Assembly: GCA_028287225.1 (NCBI GenBank)
Contig: JAQBPZ010000111.1
Span: 1 to 41,360, forward strand
Reading direction: 5' to 3'
Source: Gemmatimonadota bacterium
GTDB taxonomy: Bacteria > Gemmatimonadota > Gemmatimonadetes > Gemmatimonadales > Gemmatimonadaceae
DNA: 41,360 nucleotides
The position numbers and the translations under genes are program-made. The stretch's first letter is position 1, and every line of letters begins with the position of its first letter. Positions 15,860 to 25,285 of this stretch are shown piece by piece. Under the pieces are notes generated by a model. It was not told the DNA's origin and did not search any database. It saw only the letters and a program-made list of their open reading frames with translations.

Positions 15860-16636
15860 ATGACCGCAGCCGCTCCCGTCACGCCCCGGCTCTACCTCGA
15901 GCCGGTGGTCACCGTGCTCTCGCGTCCCGCCTTCACCACGCCCGAGCACCTGCCGGTGCAGTGGATGGGCGAGAGCACCGACGGCGAGCGCCTCGCCGAG
16001 TTCGCGGGACGGCTCTGCTACATGAGCCAGCACAACCCCGCGGGCCGGTCCACGCGCGACTACCTGGAGAACATCAAGAAGCAGGGGCACGGCAGTGTGC
16101 TGGAGCACGCGAACTACTCGCTGCTCCTCGAGGGGGTCAGCCGGTCGCTCACGCACGAGCTGGTGCGGCACCGCTCCGGGTTTTCCTACAGCCAGCTGAG
16201 TCAACGGTACGTCGACGAGAGCCAGGCGGCGTTCGTCGTGCCCCCGGCCATCGCCGGCGACGACGCGCTTCTCGAGGCGTGGCGCACGCAGATCGAGGGG
16301 GCGCAGGCGGCGTACGTGTCGCTCGTCGCCCAGCTCATGGAGCGCTACGGCTGGGTGGCCGACAAGGTCCACCGCCGGAAGATGGCGCGCGAGGCGGCGC
16401 GCGGCGTGCTGCCCAACTCCACCGAGACCAAGATCGTCGTCACCGGCAACGCCCGGGCGTGGCGCACGATGCTCGAGCTGCGCTCCAGCGAGGCGGCCGA
16501 GCTGGAGATCCGCCGCCTCGCCATCATCGCGCTCCGGGTGCTCCAGGCCGAGGCGCCCGCCTTCTTCTCCGACTTCGAGATCTACCAGGCGGAGGATCGC
16601 CGCGAGGCGGCACGGATCGGCTACCACAAGGTCTGA
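15860..16636 (+). CDS. thyX: FAD-dependent thymidylate synthase
   Basis: ThyX signature RHRSGFSYSQLSQRY. 258 aa. Confidence 0.95.
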   Translation: MTAAAPVTPRLYLEPVVTVLSRPAFTTPEHLPVQWMGESTDGERLAEFAGRLCYMSQHNPAGRSTRDYLENIKKQGHGSVLEHANYSLLLEGVSRSLTHELVRHRSGFSYSQLSQRYVDESQAAFVVPPAIAGDDALLEAWRTQIEGAQAAYVSLVAQLMERYGWVADKVHRRKMAREAARGVLPNSTETKIVVTGNARAWRTMLELRSSEAAELEIRRLAIIALRVLQAEAPAFFSDFEIYQAEDRREAARIGYHKV

Positions 16637-16657
16637 TCGCCGGCGGATTATTTTCTG

Positions 16658-16686
16658 TTGCGCGAAAAAACCCGTGCACCTATCTT
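16658..16686 (+). promoter_or_regulatory. Sigma-70-like promoter candidate for the ATP-grasp/GNAT/kamA operon
   Basis: TTGCGC (16658-16663), 17-nt spacer, TATCTT (16681-16686), in a local AT-rich patch. This leaves a ~130-nt 5' UTR. Confidence 0.35.
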
Positions 16687-16822
16687 CGCCGTGCGCTGTG
16701 CGTGGCGTGGCTCTTGCCCGCGTGCACCGTGTACGTGAGCGACGACCCGCACGCTCGCTCCTCGCGTGATCTCGCGGCGATCCGGCGGCACTCTCACGAC
16801 AGCAGCCCACAGCAGGGACGGG

Positions 16823-17968
16823 ATGACGCGCATCGGTTTCGCGTACAATCAGAAGCCCGACCCTTCGGCCCCGGCAGCGGTGCCCGATGCGGCCGAGCCG
16901 GCCCTCGCCGACGAGGAGCCGCCCAGTAGGGACGGCGCGCTGGCGACGCTGGCGACGCGCGCCGCGCCGCGCCTCTCGCCCGTGACCCACGACGACGAGT
17001 ACGCCGAGTGGGACAGCGCCGAGACGATCGACGCCGTGGAACGCGCCCTCGCGCGGTACGGCGAGGTGATCCGCCTCGAGGCCACCGACGACTTTCCGCA
17101 GCGCCTCCGCCACGCGCGCCCGGACATCGTCTTCAACATCGCCGAGGGCCTCCGCGGGCCGAACCGCGAAGCGCACGTGCCGGCCATCTGCGAGTTCTAC
17201 GGGGTGCCGTACTCCGGCAGCGACCCGTTCACGCTCGCCCTCTGCCTCGACAAGGCGCGCACCAAGGAGATTCTCCGCGCCCACGCGGTGCCCACCGCCG
17301 ACTGGTTCCTCGTGCGCAGCCACCAGGCGCTGGGCGCGCTCGACCTGGGCGCGCTGCGCTTTCCGCTGTTCGCCAAGCCCGTGCACGAGGGCTCCTCCAA
17401 GGGCATCACGGAGCGGAACTTCGTGTCGTCCGCCGCGGAGCTCACGCTCGTGGTGGGCGAGCTGCTCGAGCGCTACCAGCAGCCGGTGATCGTGGAGACC
17501 TTCCTTCCCGGCGCGGAGTTCACCTGCGGCGTCCTGGGCAACGGCGCCCGCGCGCGCGTGCTGCCCATCGTGGGCATGAACTTCGGCGCGCTGCCGGCGG
17601 GCGCGCTGCCCATCTACGGGTTCGAGGCGAAGTGGCTCTGGGACCGCCCGGAGCACCCGCTCCCGATCTTCGAGTGCCCGGCACCCGTGGACGACCGGAC
17701 TCGCGACGAGATCGTGGACGTGGTCCTTCGCGCCTTCGAGGCGCTGGGGTGCCGTGACTGGACGCGGGTGGACGTGCGGCTCGACGCCGCCGGCCGCGCG
17801 AACGTCGTGGAGGTGAACCCGCTGCCGGGCATCCTCCCCGATCCCACGGACAACTCGTGCCTCCCGAAGGCCGCACGCGCCGCCGGCATCGGCTACGACG
17901 CGCTCATCGGTGCCTGCCTGGAGGCCGCCGCCGACCGCCATGGCCTCGCGCTGGACACGCGCCGATGA
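16823..17968 (+). CDS. ATP-grasp ligase, D-Ala-D-Ala ligase-like (1 of 2)
   Basis: ATG 16823. Ddl-like pattern: NIAEGLRGPNREAHVPAICEFYGVPYSGS, LCLDKARTKEIL, FAKPVHEGSSKGI, EVNPLPGI. Confidence 0.85.
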   Translation: MTRIGFAYNQKPDPSAPAAVPDAAEPALADEEPPSRDGALATLATRAAPRLSPVTHDDEYAEWDSAETIDAVERALARYGEVIRLEATDDFPQRLRHARPDIVFNIAEGLRGPNREAHVPAICEFYGVPYSGSDPFTLALCLDKARTKEILRAHAVPTADWFLVRSHQALGALDLGALRFPLFAKPVHEGSSKGITERNFVSSAAELTLVVGELLERYQQPVIVETFLPGAEFTCGVLGNGARARVLPIVGMNFGALPAGALPIYGFEAKWLWDRPEHPLPIFECPAPVDDRTRDEIVDVVLRAFEALGCRDWTRVDVRLDAAGRANVVEVNPLPGILPDPTDNSCLPKAARAAGIGYDALIGACLEAAADRHGLALDTRR

Positions 17969-19020
17969 AGATCGCCATCCTCTTCGACGGCCTCAGCGCG
18001 GCGTCGCCGGACCAGCTCATCGTCACCACCGTGGACGCGGTGGCCATGGAGCTCGCCGGTGAGGGAAACGAGATCGTGCGCCTCCCGGTCAGCCCGGACG
18101 CGCGGTGGATCGAGCGGCTGCGGCGCGCGCGCGTGGACTTCGTGTTCAACCTCTGCGAGTCGGTGGACGGCGTCGCCGCGCTGGAGCCGCCCGTCATCGC
18201 CGTGCTCGAGCTGCTCGGCCTGCCGTACAGCGGCAGCTCCAGCTGGACGGCCGCGCTCTGCCTGCGGAAGCACGTGGTGAACGCCGCGTTGGAAGGGGCC
18301 GGCCTCCCCGTCCCACGATTCGCCGTCGTGCGCCGCGGCGGTGCCGTGCCCTCCGTCGGCTTTCCCGCCATCTGCAAGCCGGCGGCGGAGGACGCGTCCA
18401 TCGGCGTGGAGCAGCGCTCCGTCGTGCGCACCACGCGGCAGCTCACCGAGCGCGTGGGCGCGATGCTCGAGCGCTGGGACGAAGTGCTGGTGCAGCGGTA
18501 CATCGAGGGGCGCGAGGTGAACGTCGGCATCCTGGGCGACGCCACGCTGCCCATCGCCGAGATCGACTTCGGCCAGATGCCCAAGGGCATGTGGCGCATC
18601 GTGACCTACCGGAGCAAGTGGGAAACCGGGTGCGACGAGGACCTCGGCTCCTCCCCGCGCTGCCCGGCGCGCCTGCCGGCCGGCGTCGCCACGCAGCTGC
18701 GCCGGACCGCCGTCGCCGCCTGGCGGCTCGTCGGTGGCTCGGGCTACGGGCGCGTGGACTTCCGCATCGACGAGCGCGGGCGCCCGTGGATCCTCGAGGT
18801 CAACGCCAACCCCGACATCGCCCCGGATGCGGGGCTGGCACGAATGGCCCGCGTCGCGGGCATCGAGTACGGCGCAATGGTGCGGCGCGTGTGCGAGCTC
18901 GGCCTCCAGCGCGGGCGCGCGGACGGCGCCACCGCGGACAAGTGGGCGCTCGCCCAGCGGCTCTCCGGCGTGCCGACGGCCGACGCCGAGCCCGACCTGT
19001 TCACCATCGGCGAGGCCTAG
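17965..19020 (+). CDS. ATP-grasp ligase, D-Ala-D-Ala ligase-like (2 of 2)
   Basis: ATGA overlap at 17965-17968. Motifs: NLCESVDG, LELLGLPYSGS, LCLRKHVVN, CKPAAEDASIGV, EVNANPDI. Confidence 0.85.
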   Translation: MKIAILFDGLSAASPDQLIVTTVDAVAMELAGEGNEIVRLPVSPDARWIERLRRARVDFVFNLCESVDGVAALEPPVIAVLELLGLPYSGSSSWTAALCLRKHVVNAALEGAGLPVPRFAVVRRGGAVPSVGFPAICKPAAEDASIGVEQRSVVRTTRQLTERVGAMLERWDEVLVQRYIEGREVNVGILGDATLPIAEIDFGQMPKGMWRIVTYRSKWETGCDEDLGSSPRCPARLPAGVATQLRRTAVAAWRLVGGSGYGRVDFRIDERGRPWILEVNANPDIAPDAGLARMARVAGIEYGAMVRRVCELGLQRGRADGATADKWALAQRLSGVPTADAEPDLFTIGEA

Positions 19021-19028
19021 CGACCGCC

Positions 19029-19583
19029 ATGCGAATTGCGCCGTTGCGGGCTGCCGATCGTGCGCGTCTTTCGCAGTTGCTGGTCTCCACCGGTGCGTTC
19101 AACGCCGAGGAGGTGCAGGTGGCCCTCTCGCTCTTCGACCTCTCGATGGACGAGCCGCGCGGGCGCGCGGGCCCGGTGCCGGGCGCACCCTCCACGACGA
19201 GCGTCGCGGATGATGCCATGGATTACGAGTTCATCGGGGCGTACGACGGGGAGCGGTTGATGGGCTACGCATGCTTCGGCCCGACGCCCTCCACCGAGGG
19301 AACGTTCGACCTGTACTGGCTCGCGGTGGATCCGGTGGCGCAGGGACGCGGCGTCGGACGCGCGATGCTGCGTGACGTGGAACGGCGGCTGGCCGATCGC
19401 GGGGCACGGCTCCTCGTGGCCGAGACCTCGGGACGGCCCGACTACGCCGCGACGCGCGCGTTCTACCTGGCCACGGGCTACACGGTGGCGGCGACGGTGA
19501 AGGACTTCTACGCTCCGGCGGATGACCGGATCATGCTCCACAGACGGCTCACGACACGAGAGCGCGGAGTAGCGACGCGATGA
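19029..19583 (+). CDS. GNAT family N-acetyltransferase
   Basis: ATG 19029, 8 nt after the previous stop. Acetyl-CoA motif A is VDPVAQGRGVGRAML. Confidence 0.8.
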   Translation: MRIAPLRAADRARLSQLLVSTGAFNAEEVQVALSLFDLSMDEPRGRAGPVPGAPSTTSVADDAMDYEFIGAYDGERLMGYACFGPTPSTEGTFDLYWLAVDPVAQGRGVGRAMLRDVERRLADRGARLLVAETSGRPDYAATRAFYLATGYTVAATVKDFYAPADDRIMLHRRLTTRERGVATR

Positions 19584-20770
19584 GTGATTGGCAGAAGGTT
19601 CTGCGTGACGACAGCATCAGCACCCTGGAGCAGCTCAGGGCGTACGTCGCAGAGCGCTTCGGTGAAGAGGCCGCGGCCCGCGAGATCGACGTGGAGGCCC
19701 TGCGCCCCGCCTTCGACAACTTCCAGATGCGGATCACCCGCGAGTCGCTCTCGCAGATCCGCGAGGTGGGGGATGCGAACTGGAACCAGTTCATCCCCTC
19801 CGTCCAGGAGCTGGAGATCGTCGACGGCGTGATCGACTCGCTCGACGAGGACGGCGACTCCCCGGTGCCGAACATCACGCACCGCTATCCGGACCGCGCC
19901 CTCTTCCTCGTCAGCCCCGTGTGCGCGAGCTACTGCCGCTTCTGCACCCGGCGCCGCAAGGTCGGCGATCCCGAGAAGATCTCGCTCCGCGAGTACGAGT
20001 CCGCGTTCCAGTACCTCGCCGAGCACACCGAGATCCGCGACGTCATCCTCTCCGGCGGCGACCCGATGATGCTCAGCGACCAGCGGCTGGAATACATCCT
20101 CCAGCGGCTCCGCGCCATCCCGCACATCGAGATCATCCGGCTGGGCAGCCGCATCACCTCGCACCTCCCGGAGCGCGTGACGCCGGAGTTCTGCGACATG
20201 GTGCAGAAGTACCACCCGATCTTCATGAACACGCACTTCAACCACCCGAGCGAGCTCACCCCCGCCGCGGTGGCCGCCCTCGACCGCCTCTCGCGCGCGG
20301 GCGTCTCGCTCGGCTGCCAGACGGTGCTGCTCAAGGGCGTCAACGACGACCCGCACGTCATGATGAAGCTCATGCACGAGCTGCTCAAGGCGCGCGTCCG
20401 CCCCTACTACATCTACATGGCCGACCAGGTGGCGGGCGGAGAGCACTTCCGCACCACCGTCCAGAAGGGGCTCGAGATCATCCAGGCGCTCCGCGGCTGG
20501 ACGTCGGGGCTCGCCGTGCCGCAGTTCGTCATCGACGCCCCCGGCGGCGGGGGCAAGGTGCCCCTCCTGCCCGAGTACGTCGAGGAGATCACCGACGACG
20601 AGGTGATCTTCCGGAACTACGAGGGCAAGCGCTTCACCTACAAGCAGCCCAGGCAGGCCGTCCCCGACGCCGCGCCGGGCATCGCGGCCGAGGCGTCGGG
20701 CGTGGTGCCGATCGCGGCGGGCAAGAGCGCCAAGAAGCGGGCGGCCAGGCGGCGGTCCGCGAACGGCTGA
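19580..20770 (+). CDS. kamA: Lysine 2,3-aminomutase family radical SAM enzyme (KamA/AblA-like)
   Basis: ATGA overlap at 19580-19583. Radical SAM cluster motif CASYCRFCTRRR. Also SGGDP, RLGSR and VLLKGVNDD, typical of the KamA family. Confidence 0.92.
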   Translation: MSDWQKVLRDDSISTLEQLRAYVAERFGEEAAAREIDVEALRPAFDNFQMRITRESLSQIREVGDANWNQFIPSVQELEIVDGVIDSLDEDGDSPVPNITHRYPDRALFLVSPVCASYCRFCTRRRKVGDPEKISLREYESAFQYLAEHTEIRDVILSGGDPMMLSDQRLEYILQRLRAIPHIEIIRLGSRITSHLPERVTPEFCDMVQKYHPIFMNTHFNHPSELTPAAVAALDRLSRAGVSLGCQTVLLKGVNDDPHVMMKLMHELLKARVRPYYIYMADQVAGGEHFRTTVQKGLEIIQALRGWTSGLAVPQFVIDAPGGGGKVPLLPEYVEEITDDEVIFRNYEGKRFTYKQPRQAVPDAAPGIAAEASGVVPIAAGKSAKKRAARRRSANG

Positions 20771-20873
20771 TCCGGCCGCCTTCGCGCTGGCGCCATCTGG
20801 TTACATCCACGAGGTTGGGGGGTACGACGTCCCGTCCGGACGCCGCCCCTTCGCCTGCCTGGAGTACCCTGCA

Positions 20874-23486
20874 ATGATGACGTCCCCCCGCACGGCGAGC
20901 CGCGCTGCGCGCCGGCTCGCCGTCGCCTTCGTCATGATCGGGATCGGTGCCTGCGGCGGAGGGGGCGGCGAGTCGCCACCCACCACGCCCCCCGTTGCCC
21001 CGGTCGCCTCGGTGACGGTCGCGGCCCTGCCCGCCGTCGTCTACGTCGGCGCGACCTTGCAGCTCGCCGTCACCACGCGGGATGCGGCCGGCGTCCAGCT
21101 CACCGGACGGGCGGTCACCCACAGCTCCAGCAACAACGCGATCGCGACGGTCACCTCCACCGGCCTCGTCACGGCCACCGGTGTGGGGACCACCACCATC
21201 CGCGTCGCCAGCGAAAGCCAGGCGGCCGACGTCACCGTCAACGTCGCGCTCGTTCCCGTCGTCTCCGTCGTCGTCACCCCGCCATCGGCGACGCTTGGCC
21301 TGGGCGCCTCGCTCCAGCTCACCGGCACGCCGCGCGATTCCGCCAACGGCGCGCTGTCCGGCCGGGCGATCGGCTGGACGTCCACCGCGGAGTCGATCGC
21401 CCGCGTCTCGGCCACCGGCCTGGTCACCGGCGTCGCCGCCGGCACGGCCACCATCCGCGCCACCGTCGATGGAAAGGTCGGCGAGTCGGCGATCACGGTG
21501 TCGTCCTCTGCCAGCCCGACAATCACCAGCGTCAGCCCGGCGCTCCTTGCCCCGGGCGTCACGGTGACCATCACGGGCACGAGCTTCGGCACCGTGACCA
21601 CGGCCAACACCGTCACCATCGACGGGGTGAGCGCCACGGTGATCACCGCGTCGGAAACGCAGCTCACCGTCACGGTGCCGCCACTGCCCTGCCAGCCCAC
21701 GCACTCCGCGCGCGTGCAGGTCATCGCACAGGGGCTCGGCGCCACGGCGCTCCAGCCCGCGCGCGCCGGCACCGTCGTCAACGTCACCACCAACGCGCCA
21801 CTCCTGCTCTCCGCCGCCGAGGCGGCCTGCGCCGAGCTGCCCGCCGCCGCCGCGCGCTACGTGGTGAGCGTGGTGAATACCGCCTCGGAGCCCACCTCCA
21901 CCGCCGGCTTCCGGCTGGCCGGTGCGCTGCCCCCCGCGACGCTCGCGTCGCTCACCACCACGGGGTCGGCGCTCCACCAGTCCGTCGCGACCCCGTCCCA
22001 GTCCGTCGTGCGCACCGCCGGCACCGAGCCGCTGGTGAACGGCGCGACCCGCTCCGTCGCCCAGCGGCTGCACACGTCCATCCTCGCGGAGAACCGCGCC
22101 GCCTTCGCCCGCCTTCGCGCCTCGCGCGGCAGCCTCCGCGCGCGCACGTCGGCCAGCCGGTCGGTGGCGCCCTCTGGAGCCCGCGCCGCGACCCTGCCCG
22201 CCGTGGGCGAGACGCGGAAGTTCCGCATCGCGCAGTTCAGCACCGCGCTCAACGCGACCGGCAGCTGCAGCAACTTCGTGGAGATCACCGCGCGCGCGGT
22301 CTACATCGGCTCCCACGGGGTGATCTACGAGGACGTCGCGGCGCCGCTCGCCAGCACCATGGACTCCTACTATCGCAACCTCGGGGACGAGTTCGACAGG
22401 AGCATGTACGTCGTCGACTCCACCTACTTCGGCGATCCGCTGGTCACGGATCCATTCACGGACAACGACCGCCACTTCAACATGGTGTTCACGCCGTCCA
22501 TCACGCAGGGGGTCGCCGGCTTCGTCACCAGCTGCGACTTCTTCCAGCGCGACTCGTCGGGTACCTCACGGGACAACCGGGAGAGCAACTTCGGCGAGTA
22601 CTTCTACGCCGTCGTCCCCACGGTCGCGGGCACGGGGTTCAGCAGCGGCAATACCCCCGACAGCTGGCTGCGCGGCATCCGGCACACCATCGTGCACGAG
22701 GTGAAGCACATCGCGTCGTTCGGCGCGCGCCTGACGAACAACGCCACCAACTACGAGGAGGCGTGGCTGGAGGAAGGCATGGCACGGCATGCCGAGGAGC
22801 TCTGGGAGCGGAACGCCATCTACAACGTCCCGTGGAAGGGCAACACCGGCTACCGCGAATCGCTGTACTGCGACGTGCGTCCCACCAACCCGTCGTGCAC
22901 CGGCCGGCCGTACGCGATGTTCAACCACTTCGGCACCCTGTACTCGGTGCTCGACAATCCCGGCGCATCCTCGCTGTTCGGCCGCGTCGCGGACGGCGAC
23001 TTCAGCTTCTACGCGTCGAGCTGGTCGCTGGTGCGCTACGCGCTGGACCGCTACGCCACCTCGGAGGCGAGCTTCCTGCGCGGCATCACCCAGAGCGCCA
23101 CGACGAGCGGCATGGCCAGCATCACCGCGCAGACGGGCGGACACTCCACCGCCGAGCTGCTCGCCAACTGGTCGCTCGCGATGTACTTCGACGACCAGAC
23201 GACCAATGCGGACATCAACTTCCCCACGTGGAACACGCATGACATCTACGCGGGGATGAACGCGGACTTCCCGAAGCCAGACGGGTATCCCAAGGCATTC
23301 CCGCTCACCCCCACCGCGGTCTCGGCGGCCTTCGTGGTGGACAACGACGGCATCCATGGGGGCTCGTTCGCCATGTACATCGTTCCGGCCAACGCCGGCG
23401 GACCGAGCACCCTCCAGCTCGTGGCCGCCGGGGGCGCGGGCAGCGCCAATCCATCGCTGCGCATCGCCCTGGTGCGCACGCCCTGA
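20874..23486 (+). CDS. Lipoprotein with Big_2 Ig-like repeats, an IPT/TIG-like domain and a C-terminal HEXXH gluzincin-like domain
   Basis: Lipobox IGIGAC. Three repeats of type LQL..T.RDA.G..L.GRA..W.SS...IA.V..TGLVT..G.GT..I.A. HEVKH followed by WLEEGMA, resembling the M1-type WLNEGFA. Confidence 0.85.
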   Translation: MMTSPRTASRAARRLAVAFVMIGIGACGGGGGESPPTTPPVAPVASVTVAALPAVVYVGATLQLAVTTRDAAGVQLTGRAVTHSSSNNAIATVTSTGLVTATGVGTTTIRVASESQAADVTVNVALVPVVSVVVTPPSATLGLGASLQLTGTPRDSANGALSGRAIGWTSTAESIARVSATGLVTGVAAGTATIRATVDGKVGESAITVSSSASPTITSVSPALLAPGVTVTITGTSFGTVTTANTVTIDGVSATVITASETQLTVTVPPLPCQPTHSARVQVIAQGLGATALQPARAGTVVNVTTNAPLLLSAAEAACAELPAAAARYVVSVVNTASEPTSTAGFRLAGALPPATLASLTTTGSALHQSVATPSQSVVRTAGTEPLVNGATRSVAQRLHTSILAENRAAFARLRASRGSLRARTSASRSVAPSGARAATLPAVGETRKFRIAQFSTALNATGSCSNFVEITARAVYIGSHGVIYEDVAAPLASTMDSYYRNLGDEFDRSMYVVDSTYFGDPLVTDPFTDNDRHFNMVFTPSITQGVAGFVTSCDFFQRDSSGTSRDNRESNFGEYFYAVVPTVAGTGFSSGNTPDSWLRGIRHTIVHEVKHIASFGARLTNNATNYEEAWLEEGMARHAEELWERNAIYNVPWKGNTGYRESLYCDVRPTNPSCTGRPYAMFNHFGTLYSVLDNPGASSLFGRVADGDFSFYASSWSLVRYALDRYATSEASFLRGITQSATTSGMASITAQTGGHSTAELLANWSLAMYFDDQTTNADINFPTWNTHDIYAGMNADFPKPDGYPKAFPLTPTAVSAAFVVDNDGIHGGSFAMYIVPANAGGPSTLQLVAAGGAGSANPSLRIALVRTP

Positions 23487-23510
23487 CCGTCGCCCGCGGC
23501 CCATCATGAA

Positions 23511-23544
23511 GGAGGGGCGCCGTCCCGAAGGACGGCGCCCCTCC
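23511..23544. terminator. Bidirectional hairpin between convergent genes
   Basis: GGAGGGGCGCCGTCC-CGAA-GGACGGCGCCCCTCC, a perfect 15-bp stem. Confidence 0.65.
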
Positions 23545-23567
23545 GTGCTCGGGGGTACCGCTGCGGT

Positions 23568-24428
23568 TCAGTCCAGCCGCGCGTGCACCTCGGCCATCAC
23601 CTCGGCGGCAATGCCGTACGTCTCCGCGCCGGCGGGAAAGCGGCCGGTGCGCACGTCGTCCGCCCAGCGGCGCACCGCCTCCACCTGGTCGCGATGCCCG
23701 TGCGCATACTGGCGCACGAAGCGCGCGACGCGGCCCTCGCCGAGGCCCAGCAGGTCGTGGTACACCAGCACCTGGCCATGCGTCGATGCCCCCGCGCCGA
23801 TGCCGATCACCGGCACCTCCACGCGCGACGACAGGAGCGAGGCGACCTCCGCGGGCACCGCTTCCACCACCAGCGCAGAGCATCCCGCGGCCGCCAGCGC
23901 CTCGGCATCCCGGATGATCTGCACCGCCTGGTCGGCGTCGCGCCCCTGTGCGCGGTACCCGTCGCTGGAGGTGACCGACTGCGGCAGCAGCCCCACGTGT
24001 CCCACCACGGGCATGCCGGCGTCGATGATCGCGCGCACGCGCGGCAGCATGTCGCGCGCGCCTTCCAGCTTCACCGCATCGCACAGGCCGCCTTCCATGA
24101 ACCGGCGCGCGGTGGCGACGGCGAGCGCGTCGCTCTCCTCGTACGTCCCGAAGGGCAGGTCGCCGACCACCGGGATGGACGTGACCGCACGGCGCACGGC
24201 GCGGGTGAGCATCAGCAGCTCGTCGAGCGTGATGGCGCGCGTCGTGGTGTGGCCCAGCACCGTCATGGCCGCGGAGTCGCCCACGAGCACCACGTCGACG
24301 CCCGCCTCCGCCGCCACGCGGCCCGAGGGGTGGTCGTAGGCCGTGAGCATCACGATCGGCGTGCCGCGCGCGCGCGCGCCGGCGAGCGTCGGCAGCCCGG
24401 CAGTCCCACTCGCCGCTACGCGGCTCAT
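23568..24428 (-). CDS. panB: 3-methyl-2-oxobutanoate hydroxymethyltransferase
   Basis: 286 aa. Motifs: MLTAYD, VLVGDS, VVGDLPFGTY, VKLEGA, VVGHVGLLPQS. Confidence 0.95.
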   Translation of the reverse strand: MSRVAASGTAGLPTLAGARARGTPIVMLTAYDHPSGRVAAEAGVDVVLVGDSAAMTVLGHTTTRAITLDELLMLTRAVRRAVTSIPVVGDLPFGTYEESDALAVATARRFMEGGLCDAVKLEGARDMLPRVRAIIDAGMPVVGHVGLLPQSVTSSDGYRAQGRDADQAVQIIRDAEALAAAGCSALVVEAVPAEVASLLSSRVEVPVIGIGAGASTHGQVLVYHDLLGLGEGRVARFVRQYAHGHRDQVEAVRRWADDVRTGRFPAGAETYGIAAEVMAEVHARLD

Positions 24429-25285
24429 GGAGCCACCATCGGCACGTGCAGCAGCACGTTGTCGATCAGGCGCACGGCACCGAAGCGGGCGGCGAGCGCA
24501 ACGAGCGCGTCCCCGGCGACCACGGTCACCGGGGCGAGCGTGTCCGTCGACACCACCGCGAGATATTCCGCCTGCACGCCGCGCGCGGCGAGCACCGCGC
24601 GCGCGCGCGCGAGCAGGCGCGCGACGTCGCGCTCGCCGTGCTCCACATCCGCCTCCATCCCGCGCAGCGCCGCGTACAGCACCGGCGCGCGGGACCGCGC
24701 CTCGCGATCGAGCAGCACGTTGCGGCTCGACATCGCCAGGCCGTCGGCCTCGCGCACCGTGGGGCAGACCTCGATGCGCACGGGCATGTCGAGGTCGCGC
24801 GCCATGCGACGGATGAGCAGTGCCTGCTGCGCATCCTTCTGCCCGAAGAACGCGTCGTCGGGCTGGGCCATGTTGAAGAGCTTCGCCACCACGGTGGCCA
24901 CACCACGGAAGTGCGCGGGGCCGCGCACCACTCCCTCCAGCGGCTCCGACACGCCGGCCACCTCGACCATCGTCGCGAACCCCGGGGGATAGACCTCCTC
25001 CACCGCAGGGGCGAAGAGGAGGTCGGCGCCCGCGCCCTCGGCGAGCCTCGCGTCGCGGGCCTCGTCGCGCGGATAGCGCTGGAGGTCTGCGGCCTCGTTG
25101 AACTGCGTCGGGTTCACGAACAGCGTGACGATCACCAGGCCGCAGCGCTCGCGCGCGCGTCGCATGAGGCTCAGGTGTCCCTCGTGGAATGCACCCATCG
25201 TGGGGACCAGGCCCACGCGCCGTCCCTCCGCGCGGGCCGTCGCAACCTGCGCGCGCAGCTCCGCCACCGTGCGCACGATCCTCAC
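24425..25285 (-). CDS. panC: Pantoate--beta-alanine ligase
   Basis: Motifs: VPTMGAFHEGHLSL, VTLFVNPTQF, FFGQKDAQQ. GTG start at 25283-25285 overlaps the upstream stop, and its own stop overlaps the panB ATG. Confidence 0.95.
   Translation of the reverse strand: MRIVRTVAELRAQVATARAEGRRVGLVPTMGAFHEGHLSLMRRARERCGLVIVTLFVNPTQFNEAADLQRYPRDEARDARLAEGAGADLLFAPAVEEVYPPGFATMVEVAGVSEPLEGVVRGPAHFRGVATVVAKLFNMAQPDDAFFGQKDAQQALLIRRMARDLDMPVRIEVCPTVREADGLAMSSRNVLLDREARSRAPVLYAALRGMEADVEHGERDVARLLARARAVLAARGVQAEYLAVVSTDTLAPVTVVAGDALVALAARFGAVRLIDNVLLHVPMVAP

Noticed and set aside
16687-16822. Possible lysine riboswitch in the 5' leader of the kamA operon
   Set aside because: I could not recognise the conserved L-box core elements by eye. 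This should be settled with an Rfam scan rather than asserted.
12902-17941. 1679-aa minus-strand ORF, the longest in the track
   Set aside because: Only its last 348 codons (12902-13948) match a protein family (squalene/phytoene synthase). The rest runs antisense to three well-supported plus-strand genes (FAD oxidase, thyX, ATP-grasp). It is the stop-free shadow frame expected in very high-GC3 DNA.
20634-22475. 613-aa minus-strand ORF, and other long Arg/Gly/Ala-rich ORFs throughout the track
   Set aside because: It is antisense to the Big_2 lipoprotein gene. It has no family resemblance and shows the low-complexity composition typical of off-frame translation of GC-rich DNA.
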